Shown here: piece after piece, positions 1-13,100 of the stretch
Layout: each line of letters opens with the position of its first letter
How positions within the stretch are numbered: the stretch's first letter is position 1
Source of the DNA: Perna viridis
Taxonomy: Eukaryota
Length of the DNA stretch: 64,000 nt
Direction: 5' to 3'
Assembly: GCA_037379345.1 (NCBI GenBank)
Contig: CM074523.1
Span: 24,954,995 to 25,018,994, forward strand
The notes under the pieces: model-generated
Databases searched by the model: none
Told to the model about the DNA's origin: nothing
Seen by the model: only the letters and a program-made list of their open reading frames with translations
Translations under genes and position numbers: made by a program

Positions 1-1093
1 CGCAGTGCAATTTTGAAGGTCAAAACGTGTAAAAAAGTTTATTTAGACATAGAGTGCAGTAGAATTTTGGAAGACAAAAAGATAAATATTTTGCATTTGA
101 TCAGTCAATTTATTTACCTTGATCAAGTATTTCCTACATAAATGTGAAAGAAAGAGATTTCTATTCACACTTTAACATCATGTAAAGATCGGTAGCTACA
201 TAAATTGGATAATTTAAATATTGAAGCATGATTAAACTGACAAGGATGTATGATATGGCTTATATAACAAAATCAAAAGTCGGGAAAACCTTGACTTGGT
301 TTTGGTTGTTACTAAAATTTTGTAATTTTTCATTTTAAAATATACTTCAAAGAAAGAAAATTGTTAGAAACAATCAACATATGTTTCAAAATAATCATTT
401 TCAGCTGTAAAAGCATTAAATAAGGAGGGCTTGACAAAAAAGAACTTTGTTACTTTTTGGTTTTCGTTGTTCCATTTCAATTTCAAACTGTGTTTTACAG
501 GAAAGAAATATTGTACAACCTATGTCTGAAACATGTTATTAAGACATTTTAACTTGAATTGAAAAAATATCATTCAAAATTCAATATTTAAAGACGTATT
601 CGATGATTTGATGAACATTCCACTTATGGTTTGTTTGTTTTCTTTACGCAGACTCTTTTCTCTTATAAACGTCTTTTATTTCTTGGCCAAATCTTATATA
701 ATGATGCGTAATATCACACCCATGTCTGAAAATTATTTCTACGTAAAAGTATGCAATTATACACAAAAAAATATGGTTCATTTTTATTTATTTTATTCAA
801 ATATTTGTCAATTTAAAAAAATCAAGACCTTCTCTATTTCATCCTTATTTTTAGCCTACTGAAAAACATCATGAAGTTACTATCAAAATTTAACTACTTT
901 CTTAGTCACTATTTTCTTGTGATATAAATATGTGACTTTTCAATGGAAAGTCCAATTTTGTTTAAAAAAAAATGGCCAAAATCTTATCCTAGAACCCCTT
1001 CTCCTATACACAATTCTATGGAAAGCATTTCTTCTTGAAGCATGTGCTCTATACACCAGCAAACTAGAGGCAGACTGACAAAACAAAACTCAC

Positions 1094-1141
1094 TCTGTTA
1101 AACTCTCAATATCGGAGACATCATCGTCATCCTCTACATCA
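1094..1141 (-). CDS. TRAK1: TRAK acidic 48-nt exon [16 protein letters not shown]; cassette or terminal exon
   Basis: Acceptor tttcttcag, phase 2 to 2, donor GA|gtgagt overlapping an in-frame TGA (1092-1090). Confidence 0.7.
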
Positions 1142-4100
1142 CTGAAGAAACGAAAATACGAAAATCACAACAGGGAAAGCAAAACAAACAATAACACACA
1201 AAGGATGGAGTATGTTTATGTAATAGTTTGGCCTTAAATTCCAATTTTAATCAAATTGTTATTTACTGTTGTCCATTTTATCTTGAAAGGCCAATTTACA
1301 CATTACACAAACTGCTCCTCTGTATAAAACATTCACAGTTGGAAAAAATGGAATGAAATGTTCTTGGAAAATTTTGCCCTCAATATAAAATAAAGTGGAG
1401 TATAAAAATATGATCTTTCCTTTCAATGTATTGTTCTTAACCTGTTAATTTTAAATCTCCTGGCATACAGTTAAGACAATTTATTTACACCAAATCAAAA
1501 TCCAAAATTGATTGGTTCCAAAAAACTACAATGATAAGTTTGAATAGGAATTGAATAAAATTTAGCCCAACTTAAGAGTGACTTGTCAAAGATGATAAAA
1601 CTACATCACTAACTTTATAAATTCATGCATAATTGTACCATAGGCTCATATGTACTTCAGTGTGATACAAGTAAGTCTTTTGACTCTTTCTAAAAAAAAA
1701 ATGTCCATATTCTCATTACTAATACCTAATACCTTCCCCAGGAAGCACATATAAACCTAAAATTTAATATAAGCCAACAATATTATGCAAATGTGAATAA
1801 TATAATTTGTGTTTATGTTTTGAACCATCTAAGAATAGGTTGTAGAATTGTCTCCCTTTATCCAACATTTAACCATCTGTCTTTTTTCTCTTTTTGTTTT
1901 TCATTCATAATTTTCATCCAAATACATATATACCAGTCTTAAAATCACACTTTCTTTCCCCACTCTTATCCTTTTAAAATCCCCTTCCAATTTTCAATTT
2001 CTTCTTTTTTTTAATTACCATAAAGGGAGATTATCATTTGAAATTTGATAAAGGGAGGTAATCAACAAACTACCTTTGACATGGACAAAAACATCTGTGA
2101 CATTTACCTAACGCTACATGAGGGATGTTTCACCATTGAGTTAGTGAATGTGTTGATTGTCCAACTTTCCTGAGGGCCATTAAATGCAGGGAAGGAGTCA
2201 AAGTCATCTGAAAAGAGAAAGAGGATAGTTTTAAGACGAAGGCAGCAGGCAAATAACATTTCCTTAATGTTAAATTATGGAATATAGAGTACATTCGAAT
2301 CATGCACGTTAAACACAATTTAACTGCAAAGAATTATTTTAAATTCAGTGAAATCTGTCTTAACTAAACCCCTTTTAAGCTGAGGGATATTTTGTTTTGA
2401 CATGTTTCACTGTGACACAAGTTTAAAATGTAGAAAAGCTGATATAAAGTGACTTCAGAAGACATGTGGTTCTCAGTTTCTCAAAGTTAGGGTAAGACAG
2501 GTCTTACTGTATACAGAGTGAAGCACAAGAGAAAAACCGTGATTTGGATGAAACAGGTTAAAAAAGTACTGAAGCTGACATAAAAGAATTTCAGACACTG
2601 TTTATTTTTGACAAGTTCAATGCAGTTTATACAGAATTTTGTTAAGACAAGTTTCAGTGAAATAAAATGTTCAAGCCTTCAACGCATGCTATAAAAAATT
2701 CCTATGTTTAGTATCCCCAAATATCACTACCTTTTATAAAACATGTATATGACACTTTAAGATGAGTAAAGGAACATTTTTTTTCAGCTTTCCAGCAGGT
2801 TAATCAGTTCTTACAAATGGAAATGTTATTGTACACATGTATTTAAGGAGGTAGACCTATGGTAAGGGACACAACTCAGACTTGGACTGATTTCATTCTG
2901 TTTCAAATGAAAGCTTAACAGGCTTTGGTAAAACTGAATATGATACCAACATATCACAGATTTCAAGACTTATGTCCCTTACCCTAGGTCTACCTCCTTA
3001 AAGGAGAAATAAAATTGGCTAATTAACAATTTCTAGAATAATAGAAAATTTGGACCTGTTTCATCATTTCTTTAATATTTCATATCTGAATCCCCTAAAG
3101 ACTAACTAACCATCCTCCTCCAGATCACTGAGATTGTGCTTTTCCTCTTCAAGATCAAGTTTTCTCTCTCCCTTAATCTGGACACCTGGTCGAGATTCAA
3201 ATATTCCACCAATGTTTGGAGTAGCAAGCTGCTGCCATTGTCTCAATGTTACTGAACCTATTACAATATGAAAGATTCACTGTTTTTAGGCATTTATTAA
3301 TAACAGTCTAAGACAAAATTTTGGTACCTATTTGTTTTTTTTTAAATGTCATTCTCTATAAGAATCAGGCAGTGGGTAAAACATGGTATGAAAAAAAACC
3401 ACCCTTTTGAAAGTTTAATTTGACTATTTACACCATCAGAATCAAGAAAGATTTTCCATTTAACTTTGGTATATTAAATCTTAGTTCCATTGAAATGCAC
3501 TGAAAATGAACATTTCAAGGGCAGACAATTCTATCAAAGTTTGCATTTTTCTAACATTCTATAGAGAAATTTCTGAGCAAATCCAGTGATGCAGAGATCA
3601 AATAATAGTCCTTTCATATAAAGAAATCATCTTTGAGAGAAATTATATCATCAGATCTGTAGGGTTTTGACATGTATGTTTCTATTTTTTTCACATTATG
3701 CCTAATTCTTACAAAGACTGCTACTTAACATCTAAAACAAGGTTCACTCTCAAAAGTTTACTTCACACCATTGTTTTGCAATGGCTGTCATATTACATGA
3801 TAACATTTTTTGTCAGTCCTAGAAATGTATGTTCACTGAAGAATATCTAATTAACTTTCTATTTCAGTACTAAAAATATATGATCACTAAAATTTAGATA
3901 TCTAATTATCTCCTCTTGCAACCAAAAATCATTTTCATGCTGGTCATTATAAAAATAACCCAACCTTCATACAAAACTTCATCTAAACCTATTAAACAGT
4001 TAAAAGGAGAAGTATGTGGACAAACAGACAGACAGACAGACAAACAAATAGTGACTCGAAACTCTGTTTATATGAGCATTATAATTAGTATACTAACCCT

Positions 4101-7100
4101 CTAAAGGCTTGACAATTCTGAGTTTTTCAGGAAGCCTGTAATATGGGTTACTACTTCCTGTCATGCTGGACAATCCAGACAAGCCACTAAGTCCACTTCC
4201 TGTTGAGAGAGTACTGTCTGGTGTTTGACATACTCCTGGTGTTGAACCTTCTGTCTCAGACCTGGAATAAAACAGATTTGTTTAAATCTGGTTAAAAAAA
4301 AAAGTACCTTTTCATAATTAAATTATATCTTTCAAATGAATTCAAATGTAAAGGGACCGACTTGTCATGCACATTTTAAAGTTTTCAAAACTTTACACAA
4401 TGATCCAGTTCAAATCTTGTTATAAAGTTTAGACCTGACTTGATGGGTAATATTAACACCAAATTTCTAAAAATGGTTCTATTGCTTTGTTATCAGAATA
4501 TCACAACCCATTTAGAGCTTTTCTGTCAAAGAATCTGACAAAATGTGTATGAGGTGTGGCAAATTAGGAAAAAAGACGGTTTTATTGCATTATCTTATTA
4601 TTTTATACCTCATAACCTCCAGAAGTAACCATCAAAGTGTTTGTAAATTTTGCCTTCTTAATATATTGATAGGTCATATTTGGTTGAAATATGGACAAAT
4701 TTCCCTGTATAAGCAGTAAAAAAAAATAAATATCATGTCACAGAAGCTTCTGGATAAATTTAAATAGCTTTTGGGTTGTTTTCTGGCTGAATGGAATATA
4801 TTACAGGGAAAAAAAGATCAAATTGAACAAAAATGTGTCAACCATTGCCTGATTCTTACACAGAATGTTACTTAAATATATAGGTATATACATGCCTTTT
4901 GAGCTGACCGAAAAAAAACATCAACCACTGATGATTATATTGGGTCAAATAGACTTGGTAAGAGAAGGGTTATCATTTTAAAGGTTTATGTTTTTTAATG
5001 TTACTTATTTATACCTCTGTCTCTGTCTTTTGGTCTCATCTTCTTTATAGTCCTGTTCATTGAGCTCATTGGCCCTTCTTAAAGACAGCTTTCTCAAGGC
5101 TGTTTCAAGGTCATTAGATCCTGGTATACCTGGTCTACCAAGATTATTCCTGGTCCTGAAAAAAAAAGTCAAGGTTAATAAGAAGGTCCGTAGACCTGAG
5201 TTTACATGGTGTAACAAGATTTGCCCAGTCCTGAAAATGAAGATCAAAGTACAAATCTTAGTTACTTGACTCTGGACCCTTGTATACATGTTCTACAAAG
5301 ATTGTTTCTAATCCTGATAATAAAAAGTGAAAGGTCATATTTGTGAAACAAATTTGTTCCAGATATAAAGGTCAAAACTAGATAAGACATCCAAATTTCC
5401 TATGAAGAGGATATAAAGCCAGTTGAGCATTCAATACTGTATACTGCGAAATTTTCATGGCAAATTTATTTTCACAGTAAGATCCATGGTGCGAATATCA
5501 AACTGTCATGAATACTTTTTTTTTAAGGAACAGTATAAAGCAATTTGAAAACATCTTGATTGCAGAAACCGAGAGAAAAAAATAATTTAACAAAATAAAC
5601 TACAAAATAGAATTCAAACAAAGCTGTTCTCTTGCATGATTTGGAACAAGCATATATAAGTACAGGCACGGATCCAAGAACTGGCGTACCAGGCGTAAGC
5701 CCCCCTAAATCGGTAAGAAAAAAAATTTTCATCCTATGATATTTTTTGCCTTGCTTTGCACGGCATTTAACTCAATTTACTTCATTACCAACATGTTTAT
5801 TCATTATTTTAAACACAAACAATATCAGTTTTATATATTGTAAATTGCGATATGCTGTACACGTGTTTCAAGGAGTAACCTCTCATCAGCAGCATTTAAA
5901 TGAAATATATAGGAAGATCATAATTAAAATATTAGTTGTATACCAGAAGTATAACCAAAACTATCGAAAGAGGAAGCCAAATCCATCACCAAAAGGTTCT
6001 ACCATATGCAATGCAAGGAATGAAGCCTCAGTATTTTGCATATTTTTAAAAATATTTTGGAATACTGCAAGTTTTCATAAATATAGTAGATAAAATGTGT
6101 GATATTATTCAGGGTCAGACAAGTCTGACTACTGGGTTGGTGAATACCCTCGTGGACCTCATGTCCACCAGCAGTGGTATCAACAGAGTAGAAATAACCA
6201 TAATTCATGTACGTACAGCTTGAAGGTGCGAAAAAAATGGCATTTTTATTCCATGCCCTAAAAGTTGAACAATAAATTCAGAACACCACATAATTTATTT
6301 TACAACTAGTTATCTTGAAAAGGACAGCAAACATCTGTAGATGTCATAATGTTCCTCATGACATGATGTTAGTATATTGTCATATTACTTCAACTGTAAT
6401 GTTCACAATGAATCATATTTTCATCTTTTTTAATCTTTTAAACTTTGAAGTGGCTATACATCTGTATAAATTGACAAACAAGCCTACTTCAAGTCATTTA
6501 TAGTACAGAAAATTACCTTTCAAACAAAACAAGACTTTCAATTTCTGTTTTTACTTTCTTAGCTACCCCATATACCAATATTTCTTTATAAATTGACACA
6601 CAAACATATTGAAATGTATTTATTGGGAAATGTAAACTGCAATAAATGTATTTATTGGGAAATATTATCTGCAGTATATGTATTTATTGAGAAATATTCT
6701 CTGCAGTATATGTATTAATGGGAAATGTAATCTGTAATACATGTATTTATTGGGAAATGTAATGTGCAATACATGTATTTATTGGGAAATGTACTCTGCA
6801 ATATATGTATTTATTGGGAAATGTACTCTGCAATACATGTATTTACAACCCTGTGAAGATTTTTATATACTGTCAGTAAACTTATTCGTGGGTATTGTTT
6901 TTCATGGCTTTGTTAACTTGGTTAGTTTGTGAATTTTAGAATTTGTAAATTTGGACATGTCTTAGATTTTTACATGAATATTATATCATAATGGGAATTT
7001 GAATTGGTCCTTGGACCAAAACATGAAAACTATTAAAAATACAAAGGTACCCCATGTACATTTGGGCTTTTACAGTACATAGTCCTAGTCCAATCTTAAA

Positions 7101-10100
7101 CATATCAGACAACAGTAAGATGAAAAACATTCAAATAATTCAATCAGATAAATATGTAAGAAAAGCTACTGGTTACTATTATTGGCTTCAATAGGATAGA
7201 GCTAAGGGAAAAAATCCTACTATATAATTAATCCAGATGGTATTCTGGTTCCAATTACTTCATAATTATCAAAATGAGCTAAGGGGAGAAACCTACCAAA
7301 ATAATTCATCCAGATAAATTAATACTGTATATTCTAGACCTCAATTAATGTTCTTAAGAAAGAGCTAAGGGAAAATTCATCTAGATGTTATACTGTTTCC
7401 TATTACTAAATGATCATAAGAAAGAGCAAGGGGAAAAAACTTACCCATATAATCCATCCAGATCACTTCCAGGTGGATTTTCTGGTCCCGAATCAACATC
7501 AGAGAAGTACATGGAACTCCTGTTTGAGATGGGGGCAGATTCAATACTTTCATTTAAACTGTAGTTAGAAGCCCCCATTGAGGTACTACGGATTGATGGA
7601 CATCTGGATCCGGATTTTTTGGCAGCTTTCACAGTCTCGAAAACTTTCCAATTATGAACTCTGAAATTAGCAAGTAAATCCTCAGTCACAAATCTTGCAT
7701 TAAATTCTGGAGCAGCTTTTGTCTAAAGTTATGTGACTCACAAAATTGTTATTTTTCATTACTTTAAATTTAAATTCAAATAGTTAAAAGCATTTTAAAA
7801 CTGTAAAGATTAAGTTCTGGTGAATTTCCCATCTGGTTGAAAGGGATTTATCTATCTAAGCATAACCATGGCACAAACAAATAGCATAACTTTTTTTCTC
7901 TTTTTCAAGATTTTTCCCTCTTTATAATAAGTCTACTCCATTGAGCACCTTGTCATAGTTTTCCCTTCCTCTTCAGTCTACCCTGGACTTGACTGTTTAT
8001 GAACAACTCAACTGGTGTTTCTAGAAAGCAGAGGATGCTTACCCTACCAGTGCACCTAGTCCATGCTCCCATTTTTTTAGTGCTCATTTACTTTGATTCT
8101 TTGTACATATTATTTTGGTTATTTTATGTTCTTTATTGAGTGTGTCTGTTTTCACTGTCTGGTCTTTTTTACCTTGTACTCTTGTACTCATGAACATGCG
8201 AGTTTCTACAGTTCAAGACATTGGCTTTTTTAAAATTAAAATTTTCTCCTGTTTTAAGACATTGCCTTCTTTAAAATAAACCAGCTTTTTTATATTAACT
8301 TATTCTTACTTTCTCTCTGCAGGAGAGTATCCTTTTGGGTAATCAATGTCTCCTTTAAGTGAACTCTCTAACTCAGAGGCTAGAGAGTCTGAAGGGAGAC
8401 TAAGGAGAGACGATGACATATAGTTATGTCTGACAGCTCCAGGTTTCTGTTTCCTTCTGAGTTGTCTGACCTCATCTTGAGAAACCTCATACAGTGCAAC
8501 CAACTCATCATGTTTGTCTTTTAATTCTGCAATCTGAAATTTAAAAAAAAAATTTAATTAAGGAGGCAGACAGAAGGTAAGGGTAAGGGTCATAACTCTT
8601 GAAATCAGTAATATGTTTGTATTACATTCAATTTCACCAAAACTTATCAAGCTTTCTTTTGAAACAGAATGAAATCAATCCAAGTTACTTTGATGCCTAC
8701 ATGAGATTGATGTCAAATGCTGAATACATGTTCCAATGATTTGTAACAGTCGTGTCCCTTACCCTAGGTCTACCTCCTTAACTGAATCTCAGAACCATAA
8801 TCAGTTGTTACAACAACCTCCAACATTGACGCAATCAAGTGCTAAAAACTGTTCAAAACAAGCTCTAAATTGGTTAACCACCATAAAAGTCAGAAAAGTT
8901 CTGTCAAAATAACACCCTCTTCAACACTAACCCTTCCTTCCAAAACAAAAAGAAAACAAAAAAAAAACAATCTAATTTGCACTTTTTTTTAATTTAGGTA
9001 AAAATATTATGCAAATTTACAATTACTGTGTTCCAAACATCTAAAAATGTAGAAAAAGTATTCAAACTAAACTTTCTTATATTTTGTGACTTTCTGAGAA
9101 ATTTTACTTACCAATATTATCTTTTTGAAAATTATGATAAAAAAAAAAAAAAAAAAAAAAACACTATTGTGAAAGTACTTAAATTCGTGGATACCAATTT
9201 TCGTGGATTAGAAAAAAACACAAGTTCGTGGATTCTTGAATTCGTGGATTGGAGATTTTCAGTAAACACATCTATGGAAATCTCCTTTTCTTTGGGAACC
9301 AAATTTCATGGTTTGGCCTACCCACGAAATCCACGAAAATTGGTTCCCCATAAACATTAGTACTTTCAAAGTATGACTTAAAACATACCTCCTTAGTAAG
9401 AAATCTTTGAGATTCTTGAGAAGCTACCAGATGTTTCTGTAGTTCTAAATTCTCAGCTGTCAACTGCAATATTACAAAAAATTTATATTGATACACATAC
9501 TTATACATATATATTTAACTGTATATAAAAATAAATCACTACTTTAACTAATAACTCGAATATTCAAATTGAAATTTAAAAAGAACAGAGGTGTTTTCCT
9601 TTAAAATAGTGAGTTTTTTTTACCATTTTCCAATTTCAAACAAAAATAAAAAAATATGACTTTTTTTCTAAGGACTGGATGTGTTTGAATGTTCCATAGG
9701 AAACTAGACACATCCAAAAGTGACATTAGAGCGTTCGAGAACCTAGAAATTATTATCTGGCCTAAGGCCAAATAAAACAACAGAGGGCCTGAGAATCATG
9801 AAATTATTATTATCTGGCCAAAGGCCAAATGAAACAACTGAGGGCCTGAGAATAAAAAAATTACAATTATTTGGCCTGAGACTTTTAATTCAGTGTAAAT
9901 AAAATATTACTTACTACTTTGACCTTGAGCTGAAGGTCAACTACCTGACCCAGTAGCCCAGTTATTTCTTCTTTTTGTGCACTGTTTTCTTCTGTCTTTC
10001 TACCAAGTTCTTCTACATATAGTTCTAAATCCTTCTTTACTTCAGCTGTATAAAAGAAAAATCATTCTGAACATTTACACAAAGCAGAAAACAATATCCC

Positions 10101-13100
10101 TAATGTAAATATACTGCACACTTCTAAATCATTCTAAACTTCAGTTGTATAAAAGAAAGATTATTCTGAACATGTACAAAAAGCAGAAAAATAATTCCTA
10201 ATGTGAACAACCGGTACTTTTCTAGTGTTTTAACTTTACATCTGTCGTCTTTCGAAAAATACCCCTCTTCTCAAAATGATATATGCTTAAAGTTGTGCTT
10301 TTTGATTAAAGTAAAAAATCTTTTTTTTAGGTTCTTTGGTAGATATTTCATGTACTTCTTAATGTGGATATTTGATCAAAAGAATAGACCCTGCTTTGAG
10401 CAAGTGTCACTGGCTGAGCTGGATTTTTAATGTGGTAAAACACAGAAGCAATAGCCAGCAATAATAAAGTGTATAAACCCACTCACACATTTTATTCTGA
10501 CTCCAAACAAACCAATCATCATTTTAACTCTTACATGTGTGCTTAGCGGAAGGGTAGTAACTTACAATTTTCAAGCTTTGTTATGACCGAGATTGGGATA
10601 AAACCCACAACCTTATTCACTCAATGAGCTTTATTTACATTTAAATAAGAATTCATGGTTTTCCTTCCCTTGTTTGTCTACCACGGACAAGACTTTTTAT
10701 GAGCAACTCGGCGGGTGTTTCTAGAAAAGTAGAGGACGCTTACCCTACCGGTGCATCTGGTCCATGCTCCAAGTTTTTGGTGGAGTCAGAGTTGCTCATT
10801 TACTTTTGTTACTTTGTATGTATGATTTTAGTTACTTTATGTTCTTTGTTGTGTATATCTGTTTTCCATGTCTGGTCTTTGTCCCTGGATTACATTCTTT
10901 TGATTACTGCTATAACCTTGGTTCCCTTGATTACTCTTTGATTACCGCTATAACCTTGGTTCCCTTGATTATCCATAGTGATTATGATACTTACCAAACT
11001 GTTGAACACAGTCACTGACAAGCTTCGCTTCTTTCTCTTCATAGTCACAGGTTTCAGCAGAGAGCTGAGCTGTCTGTAAACACAAAATAAAATATATTTT
11101 AAAATTGGAAATGTAATTTCTACCATTAAATGAAATTTTCTAATTTCAGGTTTCGATATTTCATTTAAACATGAATGTACTAAGTGAAAACCTTTACTTG
11201 ATATTCAGCCACCAAGTTATTTACTTTTTCATTAGTTGTTTTTAAAGACGTAACACAAACCTCTAGTTTCAGCTTTACATTTTCTTCTTCAAGTGATTCA
11301 ACCTTTTTCTGAAGTGACTTGACTCCACTTGAGTGCAAACTGTCATCACTGTAAAATAATTAACTCAAATATAGGCAAAATCTTATTATCAAAATTACGA
11401 TAAAATTATCAAATTTACAATATAACAAAATTTCTATTTAGAAAACAACAATTTTCCTTTAAACTGTTACAATTTTAATGAATGTTTATTTATTTTTACA
11501 TAATATTTTCAATGAATCATACACAGGCAAAATTATTTCACATGATTTTCACACGAATTTCACATGATTTTCACCTGAATTGAGCAAATAAACTAAATGA
11601 CAGAGTTCACATGAAATTCGGGTGAATGGAGCCTTCATGTGAAATTCACACAAAATGTTCACATGAAATTCGTGTTTAGTGAATTTCACATGAAAATCAT
11701 GTTAATTTCATGTGAATTTCACATGAATTTCATGTGAAGCTAGGTTAACATGAATTTCACCTGAAAAATATTTGCCTGTGTACGTACTGTACATGTAAAT
11801 TTAGGACAAATATTGTAATGTTTTTATTGAAACCAAAAATATGACTGACTTAAAATATGTAATAATTAAATATTAAATTACAGAATATTGAATATTACCG
11901 TTGACATTTATTTCTCAGAAATCAAAAATAAAAAAGTGTATTATCTAAAGTACACAATAATATCTGAATATATCACAGTATTTCAAATTATAAAATGGAA
12001 AATTTTATTCTACAGACTCACAAAGTGAAAAGGTTAATACATAATACTTAATAACAGCGCATTATGATAATGAAGGATTAGAAAGGGATTGAACAAGAAA
12101 GAAGAATAATTGCAAGTTCCACACAACAGAAATAAGAGATAAAATAATGACTGCTAGTTCTTGCACTGGAAAGGATAATTTAATGACTGCAAGTTCTGAG
12201 ACCAAAAAAAAAAAAAATAAAATAAGTATTGCAATTTCTGAGACAAAAAAAATCTTGAAGAAATTATGATAGTAAGATCTGAGTTAGAAAGAAAAGGATA
12301 AAATAATGATTACATATTCTGATAATATTACCTTAGACATTCATCGTCTGGTGAAGCACTGACCTCATACTCTGTGAAAGCTTGTAGTAGACTCTCTTTT
12401 AATATTACCTCATGTTTTAATTGATTGACCTGAAAAAAAATAAGACAAGACATGAGAATTTACAGTAAAACCTGAACATTTTCTGAAGACTCTTGAAGAT
12501 GTACCCTGCTCTGTTTAAGAAAAACAAGGATTTAATAGGAATTTAAAATCTTTTAAGGTCTTTCATGTTAGAACAATATCAGTAGAAAAAAATAGATGGA
12601 TCTGTGTGTGCTCATGTACTTTTATGCTATGAAATTGATAAAACCAGAGGAGTTCAAAATCTGACCAAAATGACTGAACATGAGCATACTATACCAGTTT
12701 CAAAACCCTGAGTAAAACAACTCACTACTCTAACTTCACAAACAGGATATCAGTGTAATCCAACTTTTCAAAATTCCAAGTATTAAAATTTTAACTTTTG
12801 TAAAATTAAGTCATCAGCCCTGAGTAAACCAACTTACTGCTCAAACTTTACAAATCTTTAAATCCAAACAAGTTTGGTTTAGAAAGTTTATAAAATTCCA
12901 TGGATTAAAAATTTTCCCTTGGTAAAAAGTCTATGATGATTTATAACAGGTGCCAGGATATCAATGCAATATTATTCTATTTGAAATAATATGATTGTAG
13001 TTATGTTAATTGTGACTTCCAATACTCGGAGGATCTTCTTACAGAAAACACAAACAATTTTAACTAATCTTACATCTAGATGGCAATTCAATGCCTTCCC

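Noticed and set aside
10699-11018. Recurrent ORFs '[23 protein letters not shown]' and '[17 protein letters not shown]' (also 18980, 39447, 57079, 57679)
   Set aside because: They are translations of the PLE 3' UTR repeat, open in several frames because it is T-rich. Not a small-protein family.
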